Origin: Octopus vulgaris
Lineage: Eukaryota
Length of the DNA stretch: 64,000 nt
NCBI GenBank assembly: GCA_951406725.2
Contig: OX597816.1
Coordinates: 148,118,001 to 148,182,000, forward strand
Reading direction: 5' to 3'
In this document: in pieces, positions 40,943 through 54,180 of the stretch
Numbering within the stretch: position 1 is the stretch's first letter
Layout: each line of letters opens with the position of its first letter
The notes under the pieces: generated by a model
Database searches by the model: none
Told to the model about the DNA's origin: nothing
The model's input: the letters and a program-made list of their open reading frames with translations, nothing else
Made by a program: the position numbers and the translations under genes

Positions 40943-41985
40943 ATCCTTTTCGAGTTCCTTTCTTCTTGACTTTGTTTCTCCCGTCTATCCATCTTATTAT
41001 TTTCCTCGTTTCTGGCCCGTATTTTCTTAACCCTTTTCTTCCATCATTTAGTTTTATTTTCATACATATATCCTATTCGTTTCTTTATTTATCTGTTTTC
41101 ATCCCTTTCTTATCATGAAGACACTGAGTTCCCAGGCAAAGATTTATACTTATATACACTAGCCAATACCCGTTAAGTCTATCTTGGTCTTGTTCGTTGC
41201 TATTGTCTTTGTGCTCTGTGCGTGTGCGCGTGTGTGCGTGTGTGTGTGTGTGTGTGACAGAGAGCGAGAGAGAGAGAGAGTGTAATTATATATGTATGTA
41301 CTGAAACTTACATATGCATGTATATTATATACAAACATATGCGTATGTGTGAGTGTGTTTGTGTGTGTCTGTGTATGTTAATTGTACGAACATTCTATAC
41401 ATTTTGAAGCTCTTCAAATAATGTCCGTGATTTTCAAAATCTTACAAAACATCTTTGGAATACCAACCACGTTAACGTATCCTACTATGGGTTTTAGCCA
41501 CAGATTAACGCGGTAGAAACCAGTCGATATCCAAAGAAAAATCCTGGAACGATGCAAATGATATAGAATTAATAGACTTTCAACGTTTTTTAAATCAATA
41601 TCCTGATACAGCCTAGTTAATTTTCTTCTCCGACCAGACTATTGTGACATAAACACATTTTCAATGACATGATAGTTAAAATCATTTCAGAAAAATTTCA
41701 ACATACAATTGCGATAATACATATACCCAAATATGAGTGTGTATGTGTGTGTGTGTGTATAAGAAGACTAGTATAGACAATGACTTCTGAATTTCGGTCA
41801 GATAAGTTTTGGTGATCTTCGTGTACATTTTGGTGTTAACTACTGATACCGTTCTAATATATATATATATATTTATTCATGTTTCTAATTATATTTTTTA
41901 TAAATCGGAGAGTTATAGAGTAAATCACGTACTGGGTATTACATTAGCACTTATTATACATACATACATACATACATACATACAC

Positions 41986-43555
41986 ATTCAATCCGTCACT
42001 GTAACTGTAAAAATTTATAAAACTTTCCAGAAGTATATCATTTAGATATATAAGAGCATATGTAACTATATGCATGAGGATACAAGCATAAACATACAAA
42101 TCTGCGCATACATACATACATAACATACCATAACATAATATGAAGTTAAAGATCAGTGAAAAAGAAAATACCTACGCTGAACAATTGAAGAGTCTACAGC
42201 TACTCTTTCCAGATTACAAGGTCAGGTATATACCTGTAATTATTGGGATACTGCGATATGTAACACACTGTCTAAATACCAATTTTGAGAAATTAGGGTT
42301 CTCAAAACCAGAAAGGAGAAAGCTGATTCGATGACTACATATCCAATCTATCACTGGAACTGTAAAATTCTATAAAACTTACCAGAAGTTTATCATTTAA
42401 ATATATATGATCACGTCTAGATATGTAACTATATAAACTTAGATAAACTTAGATATGTTTCGACCAAAGATTGGTCCAGGCCATGTCTAACTTGATAGCA
42501 CCACCTGATAGGATTATTCGAATCCTGTTTAAGTCAAGTTTTGTTCAAGTAGTGAGTTCTTGTTGGGTGAGTTGTATCAAGTTTTGTTCAAGTAGAATGA
42601 GAATGCATGCACAAAACATACAAATCTGCACATATATACATGTACACATACATACATACAAACAGAAATACCCCGTCGTTGATGTTGAAATTCTAATGAA
42701 GGAACGTTGGATCTAGGTTAGAAGCCGGTTCTTTCTCTATTGGCAAGAAATCTTGAAATAAATTGAATAATGACAATCATATGCATATAAAAACATTAAT
42801 GGTTGTGTGGTAAGAAGCTTGCTTCCCAACCACATGGTTCCGGCTTCGGTCCCACTGCGTAGTACCTTAGGCATGTGCCTTCTACAGTAGCCTCGTGCCA
42901 ACCAAAGCCTTGTCAGAGGATTTAGTAGACGGAAACTGAGAGAAACCCGTCGTGTATATATATTTGTGTGTGTATATATATATTTGTGTATATGCTGGTT
43001 GGTACATTTACGTCCCCGTAACTTAGCGTCTCAGCAAAATAGACCGATAGGATAAGTACTACGCTTACAAAGAATAAGTCTTGGGGTCGATTTATTCCAC
43101 TAAAAGTGGTGCTCCAGCATGGCCGCAGTCAAATGAGTGAAACAAGTAGAAGAGTAAAACATATATACATACATCCAATGAAAGAGCATTGGATACAGGT
43201 TAGAAACCGATTCTTTTTTTATTGGCAAGAAATCTTGAAATAAACTGAATAATAACATACCTACATACATACATACATACATACAAACATACATGCATAT
43301 GTGTATCACTGTGACTATAAAAATCTGTAAAACTTTCCAGGAGCTTATTATTTAAATATATATGCGCATGTCTAGATATGTAACTATATGCATGAGAATT
43401 CATACATAAAGAAAAACATAGGAATCTGCACATACATATACATACATACAAGCAAAAATACCCTGTAGTTGATGTTGAATTTCCAATGAAGGAGCCTTGA
43501 ATCTAGGTCAGAAACCGGCTCGATATCTTGAATTAAAACTGAACAATGACATACT
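41986..43555 (+). mobile_element. Cluster of four 5'-truncated RLE-type LINE 3' ends in (CATA)n
   Basis: Copies at ~41986-42125, 42135-42778 (KISEKENTYAEQLKSLQLLFPDYKVRYIPVIIG, homologous to 16980-17200), 43175-43257 and 43306-43552; shared tail ctaggttagaaaccgg..aaactgaataatgac. Confidence 0.85.
42798..43158 (+). mobile_element. SINE family A nested in the LINE-tail cluster
   Basis: Family A head and tail. Confidence 0.88.
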
Positions 43556-43975
43556 TAATACATACTTACATGCATACATACATACATACATACATACATA
43601 CATACATACATACATACATACATACATACATACATACATACATACATACATACAAGCGTACGTATGTCAATTATAAAGAATTTTTTTCCTGAAGTGTATT
43701 CTTTTTGTTTTTGAAAGTTGGAACGTTCTCTGTAGTAATATATTTACTCTTCCAAATATATTATTCTTCGTAGTGTACCTTTTAATAATTTTACTGATAT
43801 TTTTTTCCTTCCAGAAAGAAATTTTTCACATATCTGAAGAACTGAAGCCTACAGAAAAAAAAAATGGAAAAAAAAACAACATATCATTAACAACATAGAT
43901 TTGAGGCTATGCGAACTGAATGTTTATTGACGAAGAAAAGTTAGCATAACAGAAACCGATATTTCAATATAATTA

Positions 43976-44404
43976 CTCTTTTACTTGTTTCAGTCATTTG
44001 ACTGTGGCTATACTGGAGCATCGCCTTTAGTCGAGCAAATCGACCCCAGGATTTATTCTTTGTAAGTCTAGTACTTATTCTATCAGTCTTTTTTGCCGAA
44101 CCGCTAAGTTACGGGGACGTAAACACACCACCATCGGTTGTCAAGTGATGTTGGGGGGAAAAACACAGACACACACACATATACACACACATACATAGAT
44201 ATACATATATGCGACAGGCTACTTTCAGTTCCCGTCAACCAAATCCACTCACAAGGCTTTGGTCGGCCCGAGGCTATAGTAGAAGTCACTTGCCCAAGAG
44301 GTAACGCAGGGGGAATGAACCCAGAACCATGTGGTTCGTAAGCAAGCTACTTACCACACAGCCACTCCTACGCCTATGCTTACCACACAGTCACTCCTAC
44401 ACCT
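43976..44404 (-). mobile_element. SINE family A with tandemly duplicated 5' ~29 bp
   Basis: cttaccacacagccactcctacgccta is repeated as cttaccacacagtcactcctacaccta at ~44350-44405. Confidence 0.9.
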
Positions 44405-45047
44405 ATTCTTTAACAAACATTAATAATAAAACATAAATAGTTTTATATTTAAATTTTATTCATAATATATGGATTCAACTACTCCCGTGGTACTTATAAA
44501 AAAAATGTTCCTTAATGCATCACTCTACAAATCACATAGAATATACGGTACATCACAAAAGACAAACAGAAGGAGTGTATAAAATTATGAATAAAGAGAG
44601 AAATATCCAATGATAAAATTTATTTTATCTCTGGATATTCATATTTAAGAATATATTTAAGTATGACTATATTACAAACATGAATATTCTACACATATGA
44701 ATATACTACAATAAATACGAATATACTATAATAAAATAAATTTTATTGTAGTAATTTTAATTTATGTTTGTATTTATTTACATAGAACTATTCAATTGTC
44801 ACTCCCAAAATATATAACCTTTTAACTTCAAATATAAATCCCATCCAATGTTCGTGCATTGACTTTTATTGTTTTCTATCTAACATGTCTATATATAGGG
44901 CTGTTTGACAAGGTTATTTTAATGCTTGACGCCAAGCAACCGCATGTGTACGTACATACATATATGTAGGCGTGAATATATATATATATATATATGCAAG
45001 CACGAATACATAATCTATAAATATGTGTGTTTGTGTACATGTATATG

Positions 45048-45095
<48 letters not shown>

Positions 45096-45339
45096 GTGCA
45101 ACAGCAGCAGCAACAGCACGAAAGAGTATTCAATTTTTAATATTTTATCAAGCATACTGCTAGTCTTCATAAATTGGTTTTGATTGATCCTGCTTCTTGT
45201 TCACCTGAAAATATCTATTACCTGTTTGTGTATGTGCGCATATCTAGATGTGTATGTGTTTTGATGCATGTGCGTGTACGCATGTCTAGGTAAGTGTGTG
45301 TATATTATATGTGTGTGTACGCATGTCTAGGTATGTGTG

Positions 45340-45616
<277 letters not shown>

Positions 45617-48600
45617 TAACTGAGCATGTTTGTTATTCTTCCTGAATACTAGTTTTGAGAAAGAAGAGTTGTCATGCATATCGGTAGTCACGTATTCGTT
45701 ATCGCTAAATCATCTATTGACACACTGGTTTTCAAAATATAAGATTGTCTATTGTGTATGCAGCTTATACTATTTTCTTAAGTCCATGAAACCGCATGAT
45801 TTAGGCGTGCTTTCCTGATAAAACGACTAAGCAAATTCTTTTTTTCCAAATATTCCTCGATTTTCTTTCTCTGCTTCAGTCTCAGTCGTTTTTCCTGTTC
45901 ACTCCACCTAATTGATAACAGCTCCATTGCAGGAATTGAATTCATGTGCTGTGGAATTGACATCAACCATTAACAGGCATAGAATTTTGAACCATGCACT
46001 CACCTAAGATACAATGAACACGTTTCTCTATCTGTAAATAGTATTTATCTGTAAGAAAACTAAGAGACAAAAACGCCACAATATCAGGTGATATGGTTTA
46101 GAATATCCAAACCAATTCACCTGATATCCAAATATATTAGCAAATTCAGCAGAGTACATTGATTTGTTTGTAGAGTGTAGAATACCACAACAGTTTTCCG
46201 AAACGATACAAACATGCGTGAGCACACACAGAGGCACGCACACACAAACGCATACACGCACACGTGTGTGTATACACACACACACAAACATCTTTTGTAG
46301 TAAATGAAAGTCTATGATAAGTGATTTTACAAAAGAATTTGTTATTGGTTTTTAAGTGAAATTCTTGCACGGATGTCCTTTCATGGGTTAATCTCCAACT
46401 GCCAATGGGCTTGAACTGTGTGTGTATAACACAAAAAATATATTTCTCATACCTTGAGACTAAAATTCGTTAACATTAAAACATTATGTTATGTTTTGTA
46501 CATCTGATTCTTTTGCACACAATAACACCTAACGTAATGTTATGCACGATAAATGTAAGTGCTACGCATGTCCAATGGCTCTCCGTACGCTATTTAAATT
46601 TGTATTACATGTATGCGAATATTGCTTCTATGATGTTATACGGCTTAACCTATTTTAATAGCGCCAATAATCAGTATCGTGAAAAAATTCAAAGTTCTTG
46701 AACGAACGATTTTTGCCATTTAAGAAAGCACAAAAACTTGTTATATTCCTTTTTTCGAATACTTCCTTTGTGCGTTAGAATTTTTATCGCATTACTGCAT
46801 CTACTCTGGCAGGCAATTGTATTGAAGCTCTCGCGGACACTCACTCATACACATACACACACACACACACACTCACACAGAGGGAATAAAGACAGAGAGA
46901 GAGAGACAGAGACAGATAAATACATACATACAAACATACATATAGATATAAATTTATACAGAGTTAGAAGACGAGATGCACATATATACAACTACACCTG
47001 TATATGTGTGTGTGTATACATAAATATGTATACACATATTTATATACATATATATACATATATATATGTTTATATGTATATATAGATAGATAGATAGATG
47101 TTCATATATATAGGTGTACATGTGCGCGTGTGTGCATGAATGTGTGTGTGCGTGTGTGTGTGTGAGTGGTAGTATATTATTGATACTGTTGCTATTGCAA
47201 AGAATGAAAGAAAAGTATAATTTCTATCGGGATTAAAACTTCAACACATGGTAGTTCAAACAGTGACACATTTATTCTGCCGTACAAGCATAAATTTATC
47301 TATACTTGCATATATATATATATATTTTATCTGAAATTCTTTTCGAATAATTTTTTTTCTTAAAGAAACACGCCGCTCACAAGTGAAACTAAAATTAATG
47401 TAATCTGATGGTATAATTTCTGTTACGTGTGTTTATGATAAAGGAGTATTTTAACAATGATGCTCACGTGAAGAATTCAACACATTCATGTTCAAACCCG
47501 CTAGTGATAGCATTTATTTACAAGTTAATTTTTCATGTGACTATCCCTGCTCTTGATCATGCACTTCAAAATATGTTTGAAGCGATTGTCATGCAACAGG
47601 AAATTCCGACATTTTCTTTTTCTTTTTTGCGAACAGACATTCTGCATGACGTATTTAGTCTGTTAGTGAAAGTAGAAAATGAGAGAATATGTACCACGAT
47701 TTACCATAGCGTTGACTGTTAACAGAAAGGAGAAGAGGAAAGAATTTTTTTTTTTTAAATTAGAAGGGAGAAAATTAGAAGGAAAAGAAAGAATGAGGAA
47801 GAAGTTCGAAATAGAAAAAGACTGGAATAGATAGACAATAATGAGTTTAAAATAATGAATCAGGCGTATACATACAAACATGTGTGTGTGTGTGCGTGTG
47901 TTTGTGTGTGTGTGTGTGTGTATGTATATATATACACATAGGGTCATTAAGTCAATAATAATAACACACGCACTGGTTCAATATCATTCTTTATCGTTAG
48001 TAAAATATCTAACAAAACTAACTGGTCGATCGTTGCGTAATGCGTTGGTTACACAATTAATCGTCAAAGTTCTTTCATCGCACAACCTTCTCCGTGGCCT
48101 CCCTCCTTTACTAAGGTCGGCTATGAGTCTGTCTGAGAATTGGTCTTATGTGTGTGTGTGTAGATGTGTTTGCATAGAATAGGAGGTTAGAATGAGAGTA
48201 AGCTAATAATATGCGTGTGCGCGTGTGTGTGCGTGGGTTTGTGAGTACACCCGCAACAGTTCGGCCTTTTGTTCAAGGTAGTTCGGTTCCAGATCTGCTG
48301 TAAAGATTTATGGGTGTGGGGTGTAGATCCTTAAGTGGAGGGAAGGGTTTAGGAGAGATCAAGGAAGTTCTGTATGTGAGCATCTGCGAGCATATTTCGT
48401 GGGGAGGTGTATTCGCACGCGCGACCTCCTGGTCTACTGTGTGTGTTCGTGTGGTCGCATCAGGGGAAGGTGTATGTTCACAAACGCGAGGTGTGTGTGT
48501 GTGTGTGTATGTGTGTGTGTGTGTGTGTGTGTGAGTGTGTGTAAATGCGTGAGTCTTTGATGATGTGTATTCCAGTATGTGCGTGTGCTTGTCTATTTGG

Positions 48601-48980
48601 GTCTATGTGCTTACGTGTGGGTATATATGCATGTCCATTGGGGCGTGCTCATAGATGTCGTACGGTTGTGTATTGGAACTGTTCATAGCTATATGTATTT
48701 GTGTTGATTTGCTTGTATCCGTCTGTCATTCTACTCCTACCTGATCTGTAACTAGCTATACCTACGTGCGTGCAGGTGTATGGATGTGCATAGACGTGTA
48801 TTGCAATTGTATGCATTTGGATGTTTTCATTTGTAAGTCATTTCATGCCTTTTGAAGTCGTCTTAAGCTTACGCTTTATATACTTGCTTGCATCGCCACA
48901 TAAATGCTCTTCCACACATACACACATACTGACGCATCCACCCTTACACCACACATTTACATAGATAGCTAGACAGATAT

Positions 48981-49700
48981 GTTTCTGTATTAGCCACACA
49001 AGGCTGAACACAGAGGGGACAAATTACAAAGTAGAGCTTTTATTTTACGGGGAAAATAAAATAAAAATAAAAATAAAAAATAAAAAGGGTGTATGTTTTC
49101 GATCAAAAGGGATCGTTAAAAGAGAGAAAAACGATCAATAGGGATCGTGTATCACAGAAATGTCATGATGTAAAGTGTAAAGGGGGAAGCAGATAAGGTT
49201 TATCCATGGAAAGAAAAGCCTACGGAAAAGACCACGGTAACCTCGGTCAATAATATCACATGATAACACATTTATTTGCAAGTAAGTAACTCTCTGTTTT
49301 AAATTTTTTCGGGTTCATATGATTATGTTCAAGATAACTTCGTCATTCATACGTGCCATCCTTGCGACATTCACCCATCTTTTTTTGAAACATCGCTAGA
49401 CAAAACTTGCCTCTCTACTCTCACTTTCCTTTTCAAGAGATACTTGAAGAAGTTGATGAGAGATTGACCAGAGAGGAAAGTGTTTGTCTCTAATCCTTTC
49501 AGACGCGTCCACCAGATACATTCTTTCGCTATAGCCACAAGTATGATGAAAACAGCTCTTCCTTTCCGTTTGAAGGAGGGAGGCGTGACGATATTGACGA
49601 TAGACTCGGCTGATAAACCGACTCGTCACACACGTGACAGCAGTCGTTCGACATAGCCCAAAGGTCGGAAATGGTTGGACACTGCACGAGTGCGTACAAA
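48981..49700 (-). mobile_element. L1/Tx1-clade LINE 3' end (ORF2 C-terminus + 3' UTR), 5'-truncated
   Basis: LYALVQCPTISDLWA / YVERLLS..AKECIWWTRLKG..LKRKVRVER..KRWVNV (post-CCHC L1/Tx1 motif); tail tttgtcccctctgtgttcagccttgtgtggctaatacagaaac. Confidence 0.8.
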
Positions 49701-49738
49701 TAGATGGGTAAATAGATAGATAGATATTTAGATAGATT

Positions 49739-49800
<62 letters not shown>

Positions 49801-50402
49801 CAGACAGAAAGACAGACAGCTAGACAGACAGATACATACATACACATGTACATCCATGTATACATACATACACATATACATACGCACATACATATAATAA
49901 ATATATGAACGCATGAATATATATGGCAAAGATGATCAAAGATCAATAGAGTGCATATATAAATCATAGTTTGAAACAGAATTAAAATCAAAAATATGGT
50001 TGGCTGTTATAGAACAGGTATTTATGATATATAAAGAAGATTGGGAGGCACAGAAAATTGAAAATATTTGAATACAAAGTTTGCCAACAGAAATATAAAT
50101 GAATACAATATGCAAAACTAAAAGCATACATGCGGGTGTCACATGTTTCACAAGAGAAATTTTATGATGCAAAAGGAAACGAAGTTGCAAATGTCCCTCA
50201 TAGAGAGGAGGCAATATTCTCAAACATTGTCCAAGGGGAATGTAGAAAATGTTTCTGTTAGACAATAAATTGTCACCCCACAAATATCTATAAGTGTACC
50301 TGCAGGAATGTAAAAGCACAGACATTTCGTTCAGAGCATATGTCCTGAAACAAGAGGAAAATATTTCACATAGGCGTAGGAGTGGCTGTGTGGTAAGTAG
50401 CT

Positions 50403-52451
50403 TATATACCCAGAATGCAACACTAGTTGGTCTGGACTGTTACAGTGAACAGATGTGAGTTTCGGCGAATAGAAAAAAAGAACAAAAAGAAAAATTGTCA
50501 ATTATGGCTCGCTATAGCGAGCAAAATACTGGGTTCTCATCACCGTAACGGTGAATTGAGAATTTTTTTGAAAATTCTTCATGTGAATTCTAGTGGGAGT
50601 ATCTCGCCAGAAAAATAAGAATAAGCCATTTGGATTACCTTTTCGATTACCTTTTTGGAGTATTATACTATTTGTGAGGTGTTTCTTTTACTTTTCCCTT
50701 CTTTTATTTTTTCTTTCTTTCTAAATTTTGGTTCATTCTTTTCATTACTTTAATTTCAGTTTCCTCCCCTCCTCTTTTATTTTGTTTTATTTTTATTCGG
50801 TTTAATTTTTTGGCAGACTGTCTTTTGAACTACTTTTGAACTGGTTTTGACATGGCAGAGAAGGAACTTAAAAAGAAAAACTCTGTCTTAGAGTGGGAAA
50901 TTAACCCGCCTAAGCAGTGGTTAAAAGATATGGAGGAGAAGACGATCGTACTTAGAACGTATTCTAAAGTTCTTAATTCCATCACCGTCTTCCCAAAACA
51001 AGTCATAAAAAATGAACTTAAAGAACATTTGTCCTCTGTAAAATATATATCCCGTGACGTCAAACATGCAACCGTATGGTTGCTGTTTGACAACAGGGAA
51101 AAGGCTCGCCAGTTTGCGAGTCAGCCTTTAGAAGGCAAGGAAATTCTGCTTCTCCCGTATATATTGTGGAAGAAAATTAATACGAGCCTAGGTATGTGGG
51201 CTCCCCCTGGGCACCGAAGCGGATTGGATTGAAGATACCATCCGACGGGGACTGGGGGATGGCGGTCCCAGGCTCTTAAATGTAAGAGTATTGCCGGCGG
51301 TCGATTGGGAAGGGTCAAAAGCGATTTTGACCCTGTGGACAACATCGGCCGCAACAGAACTGGTTTTTCCAGATTTCATGAAAATGGCTGGCTGCAGGTA
51401 TCCGGTGATACTTGAGGGACGTCCCCCAAAGTGTCACTCGTGCCTGCAGCCAGGCCACATTAAAAGGAACTGCCCCCAGGACCATAGTAAGGTCCTGGAA
51501 CAGTCACTAGATGCCACCTCCCCTACCCGGTCAAAGGGAGAGGTGGATGTGGTCGAGGAGGCTTCAGCCTCCTCAACTTAAAAAGGATTAAAAAGGAAGA
51601 AGGCGGGCTACAATAGCTGCCCGCCGAAGGAACCTAAGGCTTCGGAAGGCGGGGCAGAGTCTCCGGACAAAGCGGAAGAGCTCCACTCTCCCGAAACCAG
51701 GAAGAAAAGAAAAAAAAAGAAGGAAGAAGAACGGGTCATCTCAGCGGGGAGATGATGTGCCGACTGCATGTCCCGAAGTTGTGCCACCAACGGTGGAAGA
51801 AACCACCCCCACCCTTAAAGATGATCAATTAATTATCTTTTTCTACAAGGGCGGGGAGGTGGAAAAAATAGTAGAAGAATATAAAGAAACAGTAGATATG
51901 CCCTTCACACGGGATCCCGAATGGCCTCCGCAGATAGCTGTGGAGGTCATAAGGTTTCCCTTGTGGGAAAGGCTTAAAGGATTTGGGGAGGAGTGTCGCA
52001 TATGGCCGGGTGGCCCTTACACGACTTACATGTCCTACATGAGTGAGGCATGGGAAATGGCGAGATACAGGAACTCAAGCGGCATTGAAGATAATGATGA
52101 ATATATCGATGGATATATCGAAGAGTAGGAGGTGAAAGAGCCTCGTTACAGAGTTTGAAACCTCATCTTATTGGATTATTTTGTAGTGGTTTAAAACCTC
52201 AATTTTGTGCTTTAAGAAAGAAAAAAAAAGAAAACATGTTAAGTAAGAGGTTTTAGTGCCTCATCCTTGTAAGAGGTTTGAAACCTCATATTGATTTTAA
52301 AAAAAAAGAAAATATGTTTTCGAGAAAGATCCAATCGGCGGGTGTTGGGCTTCGTCTCTCATTTATTCATTATATTTCATTTTCATTCATTAATGTATTT
52401 GTCCAGCCCGCAAAGCTCTTTGTACTGTCTATATGATAAATTTATGAAATA
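50403..52451 (+). mobile_element. ORF1-only (HAL1-like) non-LTR element
   Basis: 8 bp TSD AAGTAGCT (50395-50402, 52452-52459); ~450 bp 5' UTR, single gag-like ORF, ~320 bp 3' UTR ending ...atgaaata(aa); no RT or endonuclease. Confidence 0.75.
50852..52128 (+). pseudogene. Disrupted L1/Tx1-type ORF1 (CX2CX4HX4C zinc knuckle), ~420 aa reconstructed
   Basis: ORFs 50852-51232, 51291-51581 and 51757-52128 join through two frameshifts and a few stops; GRPPKCHSCLQPGHIKRNC; basic low-complexity linker; unrecognised C-terminal domain. Confidence 0.75.
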
Positions 52452-52977
52452 AAGTAGCTGGCTTACGAACTGCATGGTTCCGGGTTCTCTCCCACTGCGT
52501 GGCACCATGGGAAAGTGTCTTCTACTATAGCCTCGGGTCGACCAAAGCCTTGTGAGTGGATTTAGTTGACGGAAACTGAGAGAAGCCCGTCGTATATATA
52601 TATATATATATTTCAATGACATAAGTGAGCTTGAAATCTTTGATGAGAACTTTTTTATGTTTAAATGAAAATGTAAGCCCTTAAAAAGCGTCATCCTGAA
52701 ATTATTTTCTGCGTATCAGGAGTAAGAATACACATGCATATGTGTATACACACACACACATACATACATACATACATACATACATACATACATACATACA
52801 TACATACATACATACATACATACATACATACGTACGTACATACATACATACATACATACATACATACATACATACATACATACATACACACATACATATG
52901 AGCGCCCAATAACACTATACTTGTTCCACGTCCTCGCGTTGTGTTTTCTCTTTGATCGTGTTTGGATTAACTATATA

Positions 52978-53045
<68 letters not shown>

Positions 53046-53458
53046 TGTATGAATGTATGTATGTATGTATGTATGTATGTATATCTATCTAAGCCTAACT
53101 CTTTGTTTTTGTTGCATGTTTATGGGAGCCTTCCATCTTTCTAAGAAAGCTGTGCGGAATGTCGATTTTCCAGATAAGATTCAGTATATTTCTAGAAGTA
53201 AAATAAAATTCCAATACGTAATAACAGATCTAGGGGTGATCTATTTTAATACAAGAGATTTGAATGTAAAACGTAAATATTCTAAAATTTATCTATTATT
53301 ACTTACCAGCGAATCACAGGTAAAGTGAAACGTTTTGTAGAAAATTAAGTAATATCTAATTTTCCTTTCTTCATTATTTTAGACGCTCCATTGCAAATGA
53401 CGAGAGGGCCCAGTAGATATATCATTAGTGGGAAATAACTTAAGAAAGAAATATATTA

Positions 53459-53694
53459 TCCGTTTCTTTATTGCCCACAAGGGGCTAAACATAGAGGGGA
53501 CAAACAAGGACAGACAAACGGATTAAGTCGATTACATCGACCCCAGTGCGTAACTGGTACTTAATTTATCGACCCCGAAAGGATGAAAGGCAAAGTCGAC
53601 CTCGGCGGAATTTGAACTCAGAACGCAACGACAGACGCAATACCGCTAAGCATTTCGCCCGGTGTGCTAACGTTTCTGCCAGCTCGCCGCCTTA
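53459..53694 (-). mobile_element. SINE family B, well-preserved copy (tRNA head, Meta/MESC-like core, LINE-like tail)
   Basis: Minus strand aaggcggcgagctggcagaaacgttagc..gagttcaaattcc..gcctttcatcctttcggggtcgataaattaagtaccag..tttgtcccctctatgtttagccccttgtgggcaataaagaaac. Confidence 0.92.
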
Positions 53695-54180
53695 TATAGA
53701 AATATATTATCGTGCTATTATGTAGATGGATATATAAACATGCATATATTGGGAATTCTTTTTTCCATTGATTTAATTTTAATCGGACTTCACATGTATT
53801 AATATATATATATGTATATAATCAATAAAATCCAGAAGTAAAGGGCAAAACTGGATCTAATTCGGTATAGCTACAGCCGTTTCAAAATTCAATTCACTTT
53901 TCGGTGACATAGGCAGTAATTCGTAAGCACATTCACAGTGTATAGACTTCAATTACAGATTATATACGTAGATTCATACATACAATATCTACATAATACA
54001 CACATAAGCACACACATATATACGTATATACACAAAGATGCAGGAAGTAAATAGATACCTTTAATTTTCAAAATGTCTGATCTAAGCGTCTTAATATGTT
54101 TTCAGCGGTGTAGAATTTACAATGTAATTATTCTTTGTCATTCCAGGTGCCATTATATTAAACATGTGCGAAGATTAACC

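Larger units (their letters stand above)
50372..52600 (+). mobile_element. SINE family A split by a 2.05 kb insertion
   Basis: Head aggcgtaggagtggctgtgtggtaagtagct ends at 50402; the SINE resumes at 52452 with aagtagctggcttacgaactgcatggttccgggttc. Confidence 0.9.

Noticed and set aside
42448-42490. Half-hammerhead (gaccaa/ttggtc stem + GAAACAT, ttaga/tctaa stem) on the minus strand
   Set aside because: The 5' core reads catggcctg, not CUGANGA-like, so a ribozyme call is unsupported.
45778-45966. Charged 62 aa ORF (EQEKRLRLKQRKKIEEYLEKK) as a possible host exon
   Set aside because: No recognisable domain and no consistent splice sites in frame.
52129-52287. Short palindromic repeats with spacers resembling CRISPR
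   Set aside because: Eukaryotic context, repeats only ~15 bp and degenerate, irregular spacers, no cas genes.
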